NCBI GenBank assembly: GCA_963711905.1
Contig: CAVQFZ010000019.1
Location: 12,265 to 76,264, forward strand
Source: an uncultured Nitrospiraceae bacterium
Lineage (GTDB): Bacteria; Nitrospirota; Nitrospiria; Nitrospirales; Nitrospiraceae
Reading direction: 5' to 3'
DNA length: 64,000 nucleotides
Under the pieces are notes generated by a model. It searched no databases, had not been told where the DNA came from, and was given only the letters and a program-made list of their open reading frames with translations. Within the stretch, counting starts at the first letter, position 1. Each line of letters begins with the position of its first letter. Shown one piece after another: positions 1-11,462 of this stretch. Position numbers and translations under genes: made by a program.

Positions 1-197
1 AGCCTCATAGCATCGGTCTGCCCATCGGGATTGTATTGTCCGACTCGACCCGCTCTGTCTGGAGACGCGCCCATTACCATCAATAACAACTTGAACAATC
101 TGCTCCAACTTGTGTCGATCGCGGTGAGAATCGGCGTCTGCGGCATGGCGAAGCACCGGCGACGTACGGACGGGCACAGGGTTTTCCCCTGGAAGAT

Positions 198-3100
198 GTG
201 AAATCGATACGGCAGTCATCGGTTCGAATCGCGCTGATGGGGCGGTGCGCTCGCCCTTCTCGCGATCGTTGCGGCGGCACCACTCTGGTTGTGGCTGAAC
301 GCGACGACGCACGTGCGGGATTGGTTGACGGAGACAGTCGGCGCGGGCATCGGCAAGCGAGTCACGATCAGCGGGCCGGTGACCTGGACCTTGTCGCTTG
401 AACCGACGATTGTGCTCAAGCAGGTTGCAGTCGCCGAGAAATCGGACCATGGATTCTCAGACCTCGCCACCGCGGACACAGTCGAGCTGTCGATCGACTT
501 GCCGTCGTTGTCGCGCCGGTCGATCGCCATTCCCTCCCTCGCCGTCACCGATCTCAAGGTGGTACTCGATAAAAAAGTCCTTGAACGAGAAGCCGACGGG
601 GAACGAGAAGCCGACGGGCGATCAACGACCCCGGACGATGCCCCGAAGTCGGAACCGTCCGGCTTTGCGGTGCAGATCCACGCGATCCACCTCAGCCGCG
701 GGGCGGCGATATTCAGCGTTGCACCCTCTGCCGCCACGGAGCGGGTGACGCTCCATGAAGCGAAGCTGGACATGGCTCCCGATCGGCCCGTACGCCTTGT
801 CGCAAGCGGAGAGTTCAGGCGGGTGCCTGTTACGATCGACGCGACAGGCGGCAGGCTCTTGGATGTGACCAACGGCGGGCATGGATGGTGGCCGGTGGCC
901 ATGGAGGCCCACACGCCGGAGATGACGGTCTCAGTGGACGGCAACATCGGGCTTCCGATGGGGTCGCCTCTGGTGGATGTTCAGCTTACCGCCGCGGGCT
1001 CTCGCCTGGACAGGACCAACCAGTTACTGGCGGTGGACTGGCCTGGGCTTGGTCCTTACAGCCTTTCCGGTCGAGTGAAAGCCACCGGCGAGCAGGTGAC
1101 CATCAATGCTATGAAAGCGATGCTGGGCGCGAGCGATCTGGCGGCGGATGTCTCGCTCCGATACCACCAGGGGCGGCCGCGCCTCTCTGCCACCCTCGCC
1201 TCTCGGAAGATCGATCTGAACGATTTTTCAACCGGAAACGGCGTCTCGCAGGATGCCGATTTCATCGGCCATTTCATCGAATGGTTGAAGGCGTGGGATC
1301 TGGCCGTCGCGCTGACGTGCGATTCCGTCGTGCTCGGCGAGCGCACATTTGGGTCGTTACAGGTCCAGGCAAATTTGGAAGCGGGCTTGCTCCAGATCGG
1401 GGTGCCGGCTGCCGACTTCATGGGAACACGGATCGAGGGACGGACTGAGATCGATGTCCGCGAGGACGTTCCATCCCTTTCGCTCGCTGTAATCGGGCGG
1501 GGACTTGAACCGGCGATGCTCAAAACTGAATTGTCCGGTGCTCTGATCGGCATGTCTGATGCCGCGCTGAACGCAACGGCTCGTGGAAGGACATGGGAGG
1601 CGCTCCTCGGCTCGTTGGCCATCTCGCTTCGGACGGATCATTCGATCTTCTTGTTTCATGATCCCGTGTCGGGACGACCGATCGAGCTTTCGTTGGACAA
1701 AGGAATGGCGAGGTTGGACGCATCTGCCCCCGGGAAAATCGACCTGACCGGCCGGTATGGGCTGCGGCCATTCCGCATTCATGCGACGACCGGTTCTGTT
1801 TCCGCCTTGCTGGCCGATGAAGCCTGGCCGATCAACGCGGTCCTCCAAAGCGGTCAGGCCCGTTTGCTGGTGGACGCCACCGTGCCCCGGCCGCTGAATC
1901 ATGAGACCTGGGCTGTGCGTGTTCGAGCGCAAGGCCGCAGCCTCGATGAGTTCGCTTCCTCCCTGCCGGCCATCGGCCCTTTTCGCCTGTCGGGCCATGT
2001 GGCCGGCGATCGCGGCGGGTCCTGGAGCAACACGTTCTCGTGGCAGATCGGAGAAAGCGACGGAGCAGGACGGCTGGATGTGGCCACGGAGAGCGACCGC
2101 CTGGCCGTCACGGCCGACCTCACGTCGCGCCGCCTGCGCGCAGACGACTTCATGGATCGTACGGCGGGCCATGACGCATGGGGGAGCTCAATATCCGGCC
2201 GTGGAAGTCCGACGGCGCCGGTGATTCCGCCGTGGCTTGTGGCGGACATGAAATGGAAGATCGATCAACTCCATACCGGTCCGCTCCACCTACGCAGGTT
2301 TCTGCTCAAGCTCACGGTAGATCATGGCCGAATGGAAGCCTCTTCTTCGGCCATGCACCGGCATGGAGACATGAACGCGCTGCTGATGTTCGATACCAGC
2401 GAGGCCGTGCCTCGGCTGAAGATGCAGGCTCGTTCGCGACAGTTCGACTCTGGCGCGCTGCTTCGCGAAGCGAAGGTCACCGATCGTGTAACAGGAACGA
2501 CCGATCTCGCGCTCGATCTGACGAGCGAGGGGAACACAGCTGAGGAGCTGGTGGACCGCGTTGCATTCAACGTGACCGTGACACCGGGCGCCTTGCGTAT
2601 TGCCGGTCGCGGCGGCGAGGAGGTGGGACCGATTACCCTCTCGACGGCAAGCCTGTCGGGTCGAATCCACGAGCCTCTTCGCCTCATTGTCCAAGGCAAA
2701 ACGCGTGACCTTCCGCTCACGCTCACCGCCACGAGCGTTCCATTGAAACAAGTGCTCGATCTCCCGGCACACCTGCCCTGGACCCTGGCCCTGCGGGGAC
2801 CTGACATTGCTGTGGACGCGCAGGGGCGGGCAGGATTTCAAACCAGGGCAGGGACCGCGGATTTCCGCGTCAGTCTGAAGGGGGCTTCGCTGTCGCGTCT
2901 AGCCGCCCTGTTCGACCACGACCTGCCTGAGCTGGGTTCGTATGAGCTGTCGAGTGATGTAACCTACGCCGATCAGAGGGTGACCCTGTCCGATCTCCAA
3001 GTGCGAGTGGACAAAAGCGATGTCGCCGGGAGGATCGAGATCGCGTGGAGGGAATCTCGGCCACGGGTGACTGGGACCTTCTCGTCCAAATTGGTCGACC

Positions 3101-4230
3101 TGGAGATCCCGGAACGACCCGCTTCGAAAGCGGTCACGATGGAGAGCGGGGAGTCGTCGTCGAAAGCGACGACCGAGTCGGCCCCGGACGCGGTCGGCCC
3201 GAGAATCATCCCGGATTGGCGGCTGCCCGTTGAGTCCTTCCACTCAATGGAATTGGACTTACTCTGGACGATCAAACGGCTTTCGGCTCCGCCGCTGTTG
3301 GTGGAGGAGACCAACGCGATGCTGACCATGAAGGATGGCGTCTTGACCGTTGGTCCGCTGGCATGGGTCCTCGATGGGGCGATGAAGACCGGGCGATTCA
3401 CGATAGACGGCACCCGCAAGGTTCCGCATGTCGCGATTGAGATCATGGCAATCGCTCTTGATTACGGTGGACTCTTCAAAGCATTGAATATTACGGACAA
3501 GGTGGAAGGACACGCCGATATCTACCTGACCGCGGAAGGACAGGGTCAAGACTTTCGAGAGGTGATGGGGTCCGCGAACGGCCATCTTGAAATCGTCGCC
3601 GGGCAGGCGACATGGGAGAATCGGGTCATCCATCTCTGGGCATCCAATCTTATGACGGCCATGCTGTCGCAAGCGTGGCGCCGGGAGAGATCCTCCCACT
3701 ATAATTGCGGAGCCGCGTATATCGACATTCAGAATGGAGAAATGGAAACCGACGCGCTGTTGATCGACTCAAGCGACCACTCGGTCGCAGCTGCCGGGAC
3801 GTTGAACCTCGGCACGGAAGACCTGGACATGGTGGTGACGCCCAGTCCGAAAAGTTTGGCCCTTCTCAGCCTGGCCGTGCCGGTTCGTTTGACCGGACCC
3901 CTGGCCGCTCCCAAGACGTCGACGTCACCCACCTCGATCGCCGCCAGCAAAGCTTGGAAGGTTCTTGATATCGCGGTCCCCATCGGACTGACTTTGCAGG
4001 TGCCTCGTGTGATTCTTGGGGACAAGGCCACGGCGGCCGGCTCTCCGCTCGAGAATCCCTGTACGGCTGCCTTGCAAAGGGAAGGCAAAGGAACACTGAC
4101 GACTCGAAAAGTCGTCACCAGCGGGTTTGAATGGGTGGCGGATCTTTTGCGGAGAGGCGGATCGGCGGGAGCAAGATTGTTCCAACCTCGGCCCAGCGTA
4201 TCTGCGCGTGATGGAACAGGAGCTCCATGA
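198..4230 (+). CDS. AsmA-family (AsmA-like/TamB superfamily) envelope protein with N-terminal membrane anchor; one apparent +1 frameshift at the G4 run 239-242
   Basis: The 1313-aa ORF 289..4230 has AsmA-type repeats (LGASDLAADV, VDKSDVAGRI, DTDALLIDS..VAAAGTLNLGTEDLD). It lacks a TM anchor unless joined to GTG198 by removing one G at 239-242, which gives MKSIRQSSVRIALMGGALALLAIVAAAPLWLWLN. Confidence 0.85.
583..618 (+). repeat. Exact 18-bp tandem duplication (EREADG x2) in a linker of the AsmA-like gene
   Basis: gaacgagaagccgacggg occurs twice back to back, in frame. Confidence 0.9.
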
Positions 4231-4327
4231 GGGCGATCATGTGCCTTCTCGCTTCGATAGCGCTCGGCTGCGGCCGGCAGTGACCGAGGTAGCCATCATT
4301 GCTTGGATCGAGTATATAGGGGGCATC

Positions 4328-5218
4328 ATGAGGGGATTGTACAGACTGTCGGCACAGCGGGCGTGGGGCTTTTGGATGTCTTTGACGACGGCGATGGTGG
4401 TCGTCTTGGTTCTCGGGACACCCTGCATGATTCTGGCTGAGGAACCGGCAAAAGAAGAGTTTCGCGACCGGCTCATGATCCGCGCCGGCTGGGCCTATGT
4501 CTTCGGAGTCGATGCAGACGTCACGGTTCGCGGCGACAGAACAGGGATTGGTGCGAGCGTTGACTTTGCAAAGACTTTGGGCGGAGACGACAGCACGAGT
4601 GCGCTCAGAGTCGACAGCCTCTATCGATTCAACGAGCGCCATGCGGTCGGCTTCTCGTGGTATCGGGTCGCGTTGGGGGGAGAAAATACGATTCTCGACC
4701 GGCAAATAGAGATCGGCGACAACACCATCAATGCCAACGCGAGCGTCCAGTCGAACCTGAACGTGAATCTCTATAGGTTTATTTACAACTGGTCGTTCTA
4801 TCGCAGCGACAAGGTGGAGCTGGCCTTGTCGCCCGGGTTCTATGTGGCGGCGACGAAATTCGATCTCACGGCGCAAGGGAACATCCTCCTGCCCAACAAC
4901 CAACCTTCCAGTTCGACGAGCGTGAACGAGCGTGTGACTCTTCCGCTGCCGTCGTTCGGGGTTCTTTTGAACTACAACATCATGCCACGCCTCCAGTTTC
5001 AGACCCGCACCGACTTTTTCTATCTCCAGCTGGGCGATTACGAGGGTGTGATGTTTGAGTTCTATGCCGGCCTTGAGTACCGGCTGTTCAAGCACTTTGC
5101 GGTCGGTGCCGCCTATGACCGGCTGTCCACGGGTCTGCAAAATACCAGCAGAGACGGGTTTGAGCTCGATGTCGCATACAATTTGGCCTACTTCTACGGC
5201 TCCCTCTACCTCTTCTGA
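4328..5218 (+). CDS. Outer-membrane beta-barrel protein of unknown function
   Basis: Signal peptide, alternating amphipathic strands and a C-terminal aromatic beta-signal (..YFYGSLYLF). ATG4328 chosen within ORF 4127..5218. Confidence 0.75.
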   Translation: MRGLYRLSAQRAWGFWMSLTTAMVVVLVLGTPCMILAEEPAKEEFRDRLMIRAGWAYVFGVDADVTVRGDRTGIGASVDFAKTLGGDDSTSALRVDSLYRFNERHAVGFSWYRVALGGENTILDRQIEIGDNTINANASVQSNLNVNLYRFIYNWSFYRSDKVELALSPGFYVAATKFDLTAQGNILLPNNQPSSSTSVNERVTLPLPSFGVLLNYNIMPRLQFQTRTDFFYLQLGDYEGVMFEFYAGLEYRLFKHFAVGAAYDRLSTGLQNTSRDGFELDVAYNLAYFYGSLYLF

Positions 5219-5254
5219 CGATTCTGGGCCCCTCCCGTGAAGGAGAAGGAAACC

Positions 5255-5345
5255 ATGCGCGCATTGGTCGTGGCACCACATGAGAAGACGGTCCGTCTGA
5301 CGGAACGGTCGGGGCCTCGCAAGCCCCATGGCGGCGAGGTGTTGC
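5255..5345 (+). pseudogene. Possible N-terminal relic of a zinc-dependent (glucose-1-)dehydrogenase
   Basis: A strong SD (aaggagaagga) precedes MRALVVAPHEKTVRLTERSGPRKPHGGEVL, which resembles an MDR dehydrogenase N-terminus. The similarity stops before the CGTD motif. Confidence 0.35.
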
Positions 5346-5562
5346 AGGCCGCTCGACTTATGAAGACGCAATCCGCCGTCTCGAACAGTTCATGGCGCTG
5401 TTCCCTGAAGCCGTACGATCGCTGATGCACCGGGTTCCATTCGAAGAAGCTCCGAGCGTGCTGGCGTGCAAGCAGGGCATTAAAGATGCGATCACTTTCA
5501 CGACGTAACGCGCGTCGCCGGGCGCCGATAATCGACGATCCGATCAAGGAGGAATTGATGAG

Positions 5563-5593
5563 TTGACACGACGGCGGATTCTCACTGTATACT
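5563..5593 (+). promoter_or_regulatory. Possible sigma70 promoter
   Basis: TTGACA (5563-68), 19-nt spacer (long), TATACT (5588-93), upstream of the 5873 operon. Confidence 0.3.
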
Positions 5594-5872
5594 TTGCATC
5601 TTTTTCTCGGCTGCCGTCCTGTTTACGGACAATGCTCGTGCGGGGCTCATAGTTGGACAAGATCATGAAAGAAAGTCGGAACAAGCCGTCATTTGACCGG
5701 CCAGACCTCTCAGTTTTGACAGGTCCCCTCCGTCGTCAAATCTGATACATCTTGTGGCGCCGATGCCGTGGGATCGGCCCGCCGTTTATCCGGCTCAACA
5801 TGCGAGGGCATCGGCGTCTGACCACGGGACCAACAACCGTTCTCATTCTATAAGGCAAAGGAGATCGTACCC

Positions 5873-6355
5873 ATGAAGTCATTGACGACCATCACACTTA
5901 TGGCGGCGGTAAGTCTATTCCTTGTGGCCTCAGTCTCGCAGGCTCAAGGTACCTCGGATGCCAACCAGAAGATTCTGATGCAGAAGATCAAGGCCGACAA
6001 GAAGCTGCTGGTCGCAGAGAATATGGCGCTGACCGATGCGGAAAACAAGGTGTTCTGGCCTCAATACGACGGGTACCAGAAGGAATTGGATCAGATCAAT
6101 CATAGATTGATGAGTGTCATCAAAGAGTACGCCGATGCCTTCAATAAGGGACCGATTCCCAACGACACGTCGACGAAGCTCATGCATGACTTTCTGGCGA
6201 CGGAAGAAGCGGAGGTCGATCTGAAGAGCGCCTACGCGAAGAAAATTGCGGCCGTCATGTCGCCGGCAAAAGCGGCGCGTTACATCCAGATCGAGAACAA
6301 GATCCGGGCGCTGCTCAAGGCCGAAATGGCCCAGCAGATTCCGTTGATTTACTAG
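5873..6355 (+). CDS. Exported all-helical protein, Spy/CpxP-like (LTxxE..FWP.Y) family, paralog 1
   Basis: Signal peptide, motif IKADKKLLVAENMALTDAENKVFWPQYDGYQKEL, SD aaggag. Confidence 0.7.
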   Translation: MKSLTTITLMAAVSLFLVASVSQAQGTSDANQKILMQKIKADKKLLVAENMALTDAENKVFWPQYDGYQKELDQINHRLMSVIKEYADAFNKGPIPNDTSTKLMHDFLATEEAEVDLKSAYAKKIAAVMSPAKAARYIQIENKIRALLKAEMAQQIPLIY

Positions 6356-6410
6356 CGGACAGGAAACGTACGGACGAGCGGAACAAGTATTGAACCAAAG
6401 GAGAATGACC

Positions 6411-6962
6411 ATGCGATCAGCGCGACGAGTCAGTGCGGTTGTCATCGGCCTTTTCATCATGGCCGGATGCGCATCACAGGAGACAGTTTCGAAGCCCGCC
6501 GGCCCCCCTTCCAAGGCCGCGGCCGGATCGGCTTCTCACCAGGCCCCCGGATCGATGGCGAGCGAGCAGAATACTCAGATCTTGCTGGACAAGATCAAGG
6601 CCGACAAGAAACTGCTGGTGGCCTCCAACATGGAGCTGACTGATGCGGAATCCAAGGCATTCTGGCCTCTCTATGAGGACTATCAGGGCGAATTGATGCA
6701 GATCAATGAGCGGCTCGGAAAGACGATTACCGATTATGCGGATCTCATCAACAAGGGATCCGTTCCGGACGATCACGCCACGGCGCTGCTCGACGAGGCG
6801 CTGGCGGTCGAAAAGGCGGAAGTCGATCTGAAGCATGCCTATGCCGAGAAGGTTGCGACGGTGTTGCCGGCCACCAAGGCGGCCAGATACATGCAGATTG
6901 AAACAAAAATCAGGTCGCTCCTGAAGGGTGAGCTTGCCAAGCGGATCCCGCTGATTTATTAA
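6411..6962 (+). CDS. Lipoprotein, Spy/CpxP-like helical family, paralog 2
   Basis: Lipobox MAGC, a Pro/Ala linker, then the same domain as 5873..6355 (IKADKKLLVASNMELTDAESKAFWPLY...IPLIY). Confidence 0.7.
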   Translation: MRSARRVSAVVIGLFIMAGCASQETVSKPAGPPSKAAAGSASHQAPGSMASEQNTQILLDKIKADKKLLVASNMELTDAESKAFWPLYEDYQGELMQINERLGKTITDYADLINKGSVPDDHATALLDEALAVEKAEVDLKHAYAEKVATVLPATKAARYMQIETKIRSLLKGELAKRIPLIY

Positions 6963-7113
6963 GAACGCTTCGAATAAGGTTCGGCAGATCCCGAGAGAAG
7001 AAGGGACGGCTATGGGTATGGCATAGCATTTGAAAACCAGCCGCCGACCTATCGCCCGGCGCTGACGACCACCATGGATCGTCGGCGTCCAGACGTTCCC
7101 AGGGGGTGAACGC

Positions 7114-7896
7114 ATGACCGCGTTCCGCATGATCGCGCCTCGTCTCGCCGCACGAGCAGCGATGCTTCGCCGCTTTCCACGCATCATCCATGACAACGGA
7201 TCTCACCCGATTCTTTCGGCGCTCCTTGCGGCGGCGATGCTGATGCTGTGTCCGGTATCCGGGACGGCCATGGACATCGGTGATGCTCAGGAGATGGTCG
7301 ACGATGCGCGGCTGATCGTCGCGCGAATGCTCGGTCATCCGGACATGAGCTGGTTGCGGAGGAATGTACAGAAAGCCAAGGCCATCTTCATTGCTCCGGC
7401 GATCGTTCGAATCGGATATTTGGCCGGAGTCGCCAAAGGAAAGGGTGTCTTGCTGGTGAAGGACGAACAGACGGGACAGTGGAGCGATCCGGCGTTCTTT
7501 AGCCTGATGGGAGCCGGCGTCGGCCTCCAAATAGGTATCGCTCGCACGGAAGTCGTCGCCCTCATCATGAGCCGCGACGAGGCCGACTCGTTCCTGCGAG
7601 GGCGGTTCGTCTTCGGGCCGGGCGCGGCCTTGGCGATCGGTCCCGTGGGCGCCTCAGCAGGAACGGCGACGACACCGACCCTGCGTCACGGCATCGTGTC
7701 CTTCGCCAAGGCTGGAGGCGCCTATGCCGGCGTGACCCTCCAAGGCGTCATCGCGATGTCCGATGAGTCCGCCAATGAGGCCTATTATGGCTCGGCGATG
7801 CGTTCGGAAGACATTCTTGCCCAACCACAAACTATCCGCCATTGGTATTCGACCCGCATACGCAATACCCTGGACAGAGCGGGAGAAGATCCATGA
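7114..7896 (+). CDS. Lipid-binding SYLF (Ysc84/DUF500) domain protein, paralog 1
   Basis: AKAIFIAP, GKGVLLVKD, WSDPAFFSLMGAGVGLQIG, SFAKAGGAYAGVTLQG, NEAYYG. Confidence 0.9.
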   Translation: MTAFRMIAPRLAARAAMLRRFPRIIHDNGSHPILSALLAAAMLMLCPVSGTAMDIGDAQEMVDDARLIVARMLGHPDMSWLRRNVQKAKAIFIAPAIVRIGYLAGVAKGKGVLLVKDEQTGQWSDPAFFSLMGAGVGLQIGIARTEVVALIMSRDEADSFLRGRFVFGPGAALAIGPVGASAGTATTPTLRHGIVSFAKAGGAYAGVTLQGVIAMSDESANEAYYGSAMRSEDILAQPQTIRHWYSTRIRNTLDRAGEDP

Positions 7897-9113
7897 CGAG
7901 ACTGCTCCGCATGATCACGCTCGTCACGCTGAGCCTTGTATCGCTTTCTTGCCAAACACCGAGCCCTCCGGATCAGCGATCCACCATCGCCGAGGTCTCG
8001 GGGCGGATGCCGGAGACTTTCAAAGTTCTCACCTACAACGCTTTGCATGGATTGCTGACCGGGACATTCGGGGTCGCTCCCGGAGAAACGCCGGAGCAGA
8101 ACGAAATCAGATTCCGTTTGCTGATCGCGCAACTGGCTCGAGTGCAGCCGGATATCGCCTTTCTGCAGGAAGTCAATCCTTTGCCCCGTCGAGCGGAGGC
8201 ATATGTCGGCGCCCTCGGGGAACTGGGACTCGCTTATGATGAGGTCCACCAGGTGGATGCGTGTGGAATCCGCGCCAGTGAGAAACGGGCCCTGTTCACC
8301 GAGTTGAACAACGGGCTGGTCATCCTGGCAAAGAAGCAACTCCGGCTCCGCAAACTCGCAGGGGTGAAACTGAGCGGTGACGCGGGCCAGTGTCGCACGG
8401 AGCGTGGCTTCCAACTCGGAGAGCTGCGGTATGCGCTCATTGCGGAGCTGACGATTCCTGGGAGCAGCCGTAGACATCTGGTCGCCACAACCCACCTGCA
8501 TTCGGGCTTTGAAACGGGCCGGTCATTTCTGGCCTATTTGGCCTCCCTGCATTCGCAAGGCCGTCTTTCCAAGTACCGGTCGTTGCGGTGGAGCGTCGAG
8601 CAGTCGCGGCTGCGGCGGATCGGGGAAATCGACCTGTTGAACCGCGCGTTGCAGAAGCTCAAGCGTGAGGAGGATTATGCGGGGATTCTCTTCGGCGGAG
8701 ACTTGAATTTCGAGTCGGATGACCCCGAATACGAGGAAATTCAGCTTCTCCGGTATGTCGATACGACTCGTGTGAACGGGCAGAATGCCGGTTTCTATAC
8801 CGCCGATCCCCTCCGGAACCGGCTGATACCGGACGCAATGACCTCGCCGCTTCCGTCTGTTCTGACGGATATGATCGGGGGCGAGGGCGACGACCTGCAG
8901 GCCGAGATCACTCGCGCGTACCGGACCGAGATGCAACGTCCAAGACAGATTGATTATTTGATCGAGGACTCCTTTCTCCCCGGCTACTGTCTGACACAAT
9001 CGATTTTCGGGCTGGAGACGGACGAGGCCGGACTCCCGGCGTCCGATCATTACGGTCTCTTGAACTCTTACGTCCTCTCGCCCGAGGTCTGCGCCCGGCC
9101 TGGAACTCTGTAA
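7893..9113 (+). CDS. Endonuclease/exonuclease/phosphatase (EEP) family lipoprotein
   Basis: Lipobox SLSC and motifs TYN, LQEV, THL, GDLN, IDY, SDH. The start overlaps the upstream stop (ATGA). Confidence 0.85.
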   Translation: MTRLLRMITLVTLSLVSLSCQTPSPPDQRSTIAEVSGRMPETFKVLTYNALHGLLTGTFGVAPGETPEQNEIRFRLLIAQLARVQPDIAFLQEVNPLPRRAEAYVGALGELGLAYDEVHQVDACGIRASEKRALFTELNNGLVILAKKQLRLRKLAGVKLSGDAGQCRTERGFQLGELRYALIAELTIPGSSRRHLVATTHLHSGFETGRSFLAYLASLHSQGRLSKYRSLRWSVEQSRLRRIGEIDLLNRALQKLKREEDYAGILFGGDLNFESDDPEYEEIQLLRYVDTTRVNGQNAGFYTADPLRNRLIPDAMTSPLPSVLTDMIGGEGDDLQAEITRAYRTEMQRPRQIDYLIEDSFLPGYCLTQSIFGLETDEAGLPASDHYGLLNSYVLSPEVCARPGTL

Positions 9114-9204
9114 CAGCGGGCTCATACGACGGTGCTGGAGTCCCGGAGAGCGGTTCTCGGGAGCGGAACGCGATATATGTTCGACCGGGAAAATCACAAG
9201 AACA

Positions 9205-11067
9205 ATGGCGACTGCCGGTCGCTGCATGGAGGCTGACATGATTTTCAAAGTGAGCATATGGAAACGGTGCCTGCGGACGCTGGCTCTCGGGTGCTGCGCG
9301 GTCGCCTCGATCACCATCTTGACGCAGGACCTACGGGCCGATACTCCTCAAGCTCCGCCGACGTTGCGGGAGTTGATTGAAAAGTCCAAGGATCAGCCCG
9401 ACGAGAGCTCGGCGGCAGATGTTCCCCGGCTGGGAATTCCGGAAGATCCCTTGGGACGGGGAGTTCCGCGAACAAGCGTGAAAGGATTTCTCATTGCAAC
9501 GAGGAATCACGACTATGTGCGGGCGGCCGAATACCTGGATCTTCGGAACCTTCCCTCCGGGATGACCGAGCAACAGGGGCCCGACCTGGCGCGTCAATTG
9601 AAGATTGTGTTGGATCGGGCGTTTTGGGTCGATCTCGATGTGCTCAGTTCAGAGCCGGAAGGGGACGACAAAGATAATCTGCTGACGGCGCGCGACCGCG
9701 TTGGGTTCGTGTCGACAGCCGATCGAAAGTACGAGATCCTCGTGCAACGGGTTCCGCGCGGGGATGGAGTCTATATCTGGAAATTTTCAGCCCTCACCGT
9801 CGCCGACATACCCGGTCTCTATGCCGATTTCGGATATGGCCCGCTGGAGCGGGTGTTCCCGCCCTGGTTGTTCGATACCTCCGTGTTCGGCATCCATCTC
9901 TGGACTTGGATCGTGTTCATCGTCTTAGGCATCCTTCTCTATCCAGTCGCCATGGTCATCGTCTCGTCGGCGTTGCACATCCTGCGCCGCTTCTATGCCG
10001 ACCTGGCGGATCAGATCGAGCGATTCTTCGGTGGACCGCTCCGGCTGCTGGTCTGGACGGTTCTGGGCCGGTATGGCGCCGAGCTGATCGGATCCTCCGT
10101 TGCAGCGAAAGCCATCATGCAAAGCCGTACGGTCCAGATGGTCGGCTTAGCCTGGATGCTTATGCGCCTCGTGGATTTTCTCGCGCAGCGCGCGAGCACA
10201 GATCTCGACCGCAAGGGTCTTGCCGGCGCCAGGGTGATCCTGACTCCTGTCGCCCGCCTACTCAAGCTGTTGGCCGTCACGGGCGCGACCCTCATGTGGC
10301 TGGATAACGTCGGATATAAAGTGACTACGTTATTGGCCGGCCTCAGCATCAGCGGCGTCGCCGTGGCCCTCGCGTCGCAAAAGAGTCTGGAAAATATCTT
10401 CGGGGCGCTGACGCTCTTTACCGCCCAACCGGTAAAGGTCGGAGATTTCTGCCGCTTCGGCGATAAGATGGGCACGGTCGAGGAGATCGGGCTGCGGGCG
10501 ACCCGCGTCCGCACCGTGGAACGCAGCGTCATCAGCATTGCCAATGCCGAATTCGCCGGCATGCATCTCGACAATCTCTCCAAGCGCGATCGGTTTCTTT
10601 TCAATCCCTGCCTGCAGCTTCGCTATGAGACCACGCCGGATCAGATTCGTTTCATGCTCATCGAGGTGCGGACGATGTTGTATGCGCATCCCAAAATGCT
10701 TTCCGATCCGCTCTGGGTGCGCTTCACGGGGTTCGGAGAGTACTCGCTGAATCTTCAGGTCTTCGCCTATATCGGGGTCACGGACTATAACGAATCGTTG
10801 GAAATTGCCGAAGACGTGAATTTTCGCATCATGGACATCGTGGAGGCGGCGGGATCCGACTTCGCCTTCCCCGCCCAAATCGAGTATTCGCTGCCGGGGA
10901 AGCCGTTTGACGAGAATCGTGCCAAGGCCATCGGGGCTCGCGTGAAAGAATGGAAGGACAACAGAGCGCTGTATCTGCCGAATGTGCCGAAAGAGAAGAT
11001 TGCGCACCTCAAGGCGTCATTGGATTATCCGCCTGCGGGATCGCCCGAGGCCATGGTGGGACGATGA
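9205..11067 (+). CDS. mscS: Mechanosensitive channel, MscS family, with periplasmic N-terminal domain
   Basis: TM helices, then LLAGLSISGVAVALASQKSLENIFG and GDFCRFGDKMGTVEEIGLRATRVRT. Confidence 0.9.
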   Translation: MATAGRCMEADMIFKVSIWKRCLRTLALGCCAVASITILTQDLRADTPQAPPTLRELIEKSKDQPDESSAADVPRLGIPEDPLGRGVPRTSVKGFLIATRNHDYVRAAEYLDLRNLPSGMTEQQGPDLARQLKIVLDRAFWVDLDVLSSEPEGDDKDNLLTARDRVGFVSTADRKYEILVQRVPRGDGVYIWKFSALTVADIPGLYADFGYGPLERVFPPWLFDTSVFGIHLWTWIVFIVLGILLYPVAMVIVSSALHILRRFYADLADQIERFFGGPLRLLVWTVLGRYGAELIGSSVAAKAIMQSRTVQMVGLAWMLMRLVDFLAQRASTDLDRKGLAGARVILTPVARLLKLLAVTGATLMWLDNVGYKVTTLLAGLSISGVAVALASQKSLENIFGALTLFTAQPVKVGDFCRFGDKMGTVEEIGLRATRVRTVERSVISIANAEFAGMHLDNLSKRDRFLFNPCLQLRYETTPDQIRFMLIEVRTMLYAHPKMLSDPLWVRFTGFGEYSLNLQVFAYIGVTDYNESLEIAEDVNFRIMDIVEAAGSDFAFPAQIEYSLPGKPFDENRAKAIGARVKEWKDNRALYLPNVPKEKIAHLKASLDYPPAGSPEAMVGR

Positions 11068-11264
11068 GGAGAGGCCCAACCCTCCGGAATGGGGAATAAT
11101 GAGGGTGAAGCCTCTTATAGGGGCGTATAGCGACCAGCACCGTGTTGCCATGGGTGCAACAGACATGAAGCATGCGCCTTGGTAGATCGTGCGGTCGAAA
11201 CCAGGCGGGCACTTGCGGTGGTGTGCAGCGCAGGTCTTGCTCTCGAGATCTCTACATCAGGGCA

Positions 11265-11281
11265 ACTGTCAACTTGACAGT
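11265..11281. promoter_or_regulatory. Perfect palindrome ACTGTCAA-C-TTGACAGT, candidate operator upstream of the GH63-like gene
   Basis: 8-bp inverted repeat containing a TTGACA hexamer; a related site lies at 28095-28110. Confidence 0.45.
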
Positions 11282-11462
11282 ATCCGCGAGAGGGCGAATC
11301 GGTTATCCTTTCCTCCATTAGAAGCGCCGACAATCGCATGTGGTATGCCGAGGAGGTGTGGGTGGGACCGAACAGAGCGCATAGGATAGATGGCCTCTAT
11401 CGCCGTGAATAATCGGCTTAGATCGGCTTAGAATGGTGTGAACGATTCCACTACATGGAGGT

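Noticed and set aside
1-201. Open frame 1..201 ending in a TGA that overlaps the asmA GTG
   Set aside because: It could be the end of an upstream gene, but no homology signal is recognisable.
11412-11431. 10-bp tandem repeat atcggcttag x2 before the GH63-like gene
   Set aside because: Too short to separate an operator from a slippage duplication.
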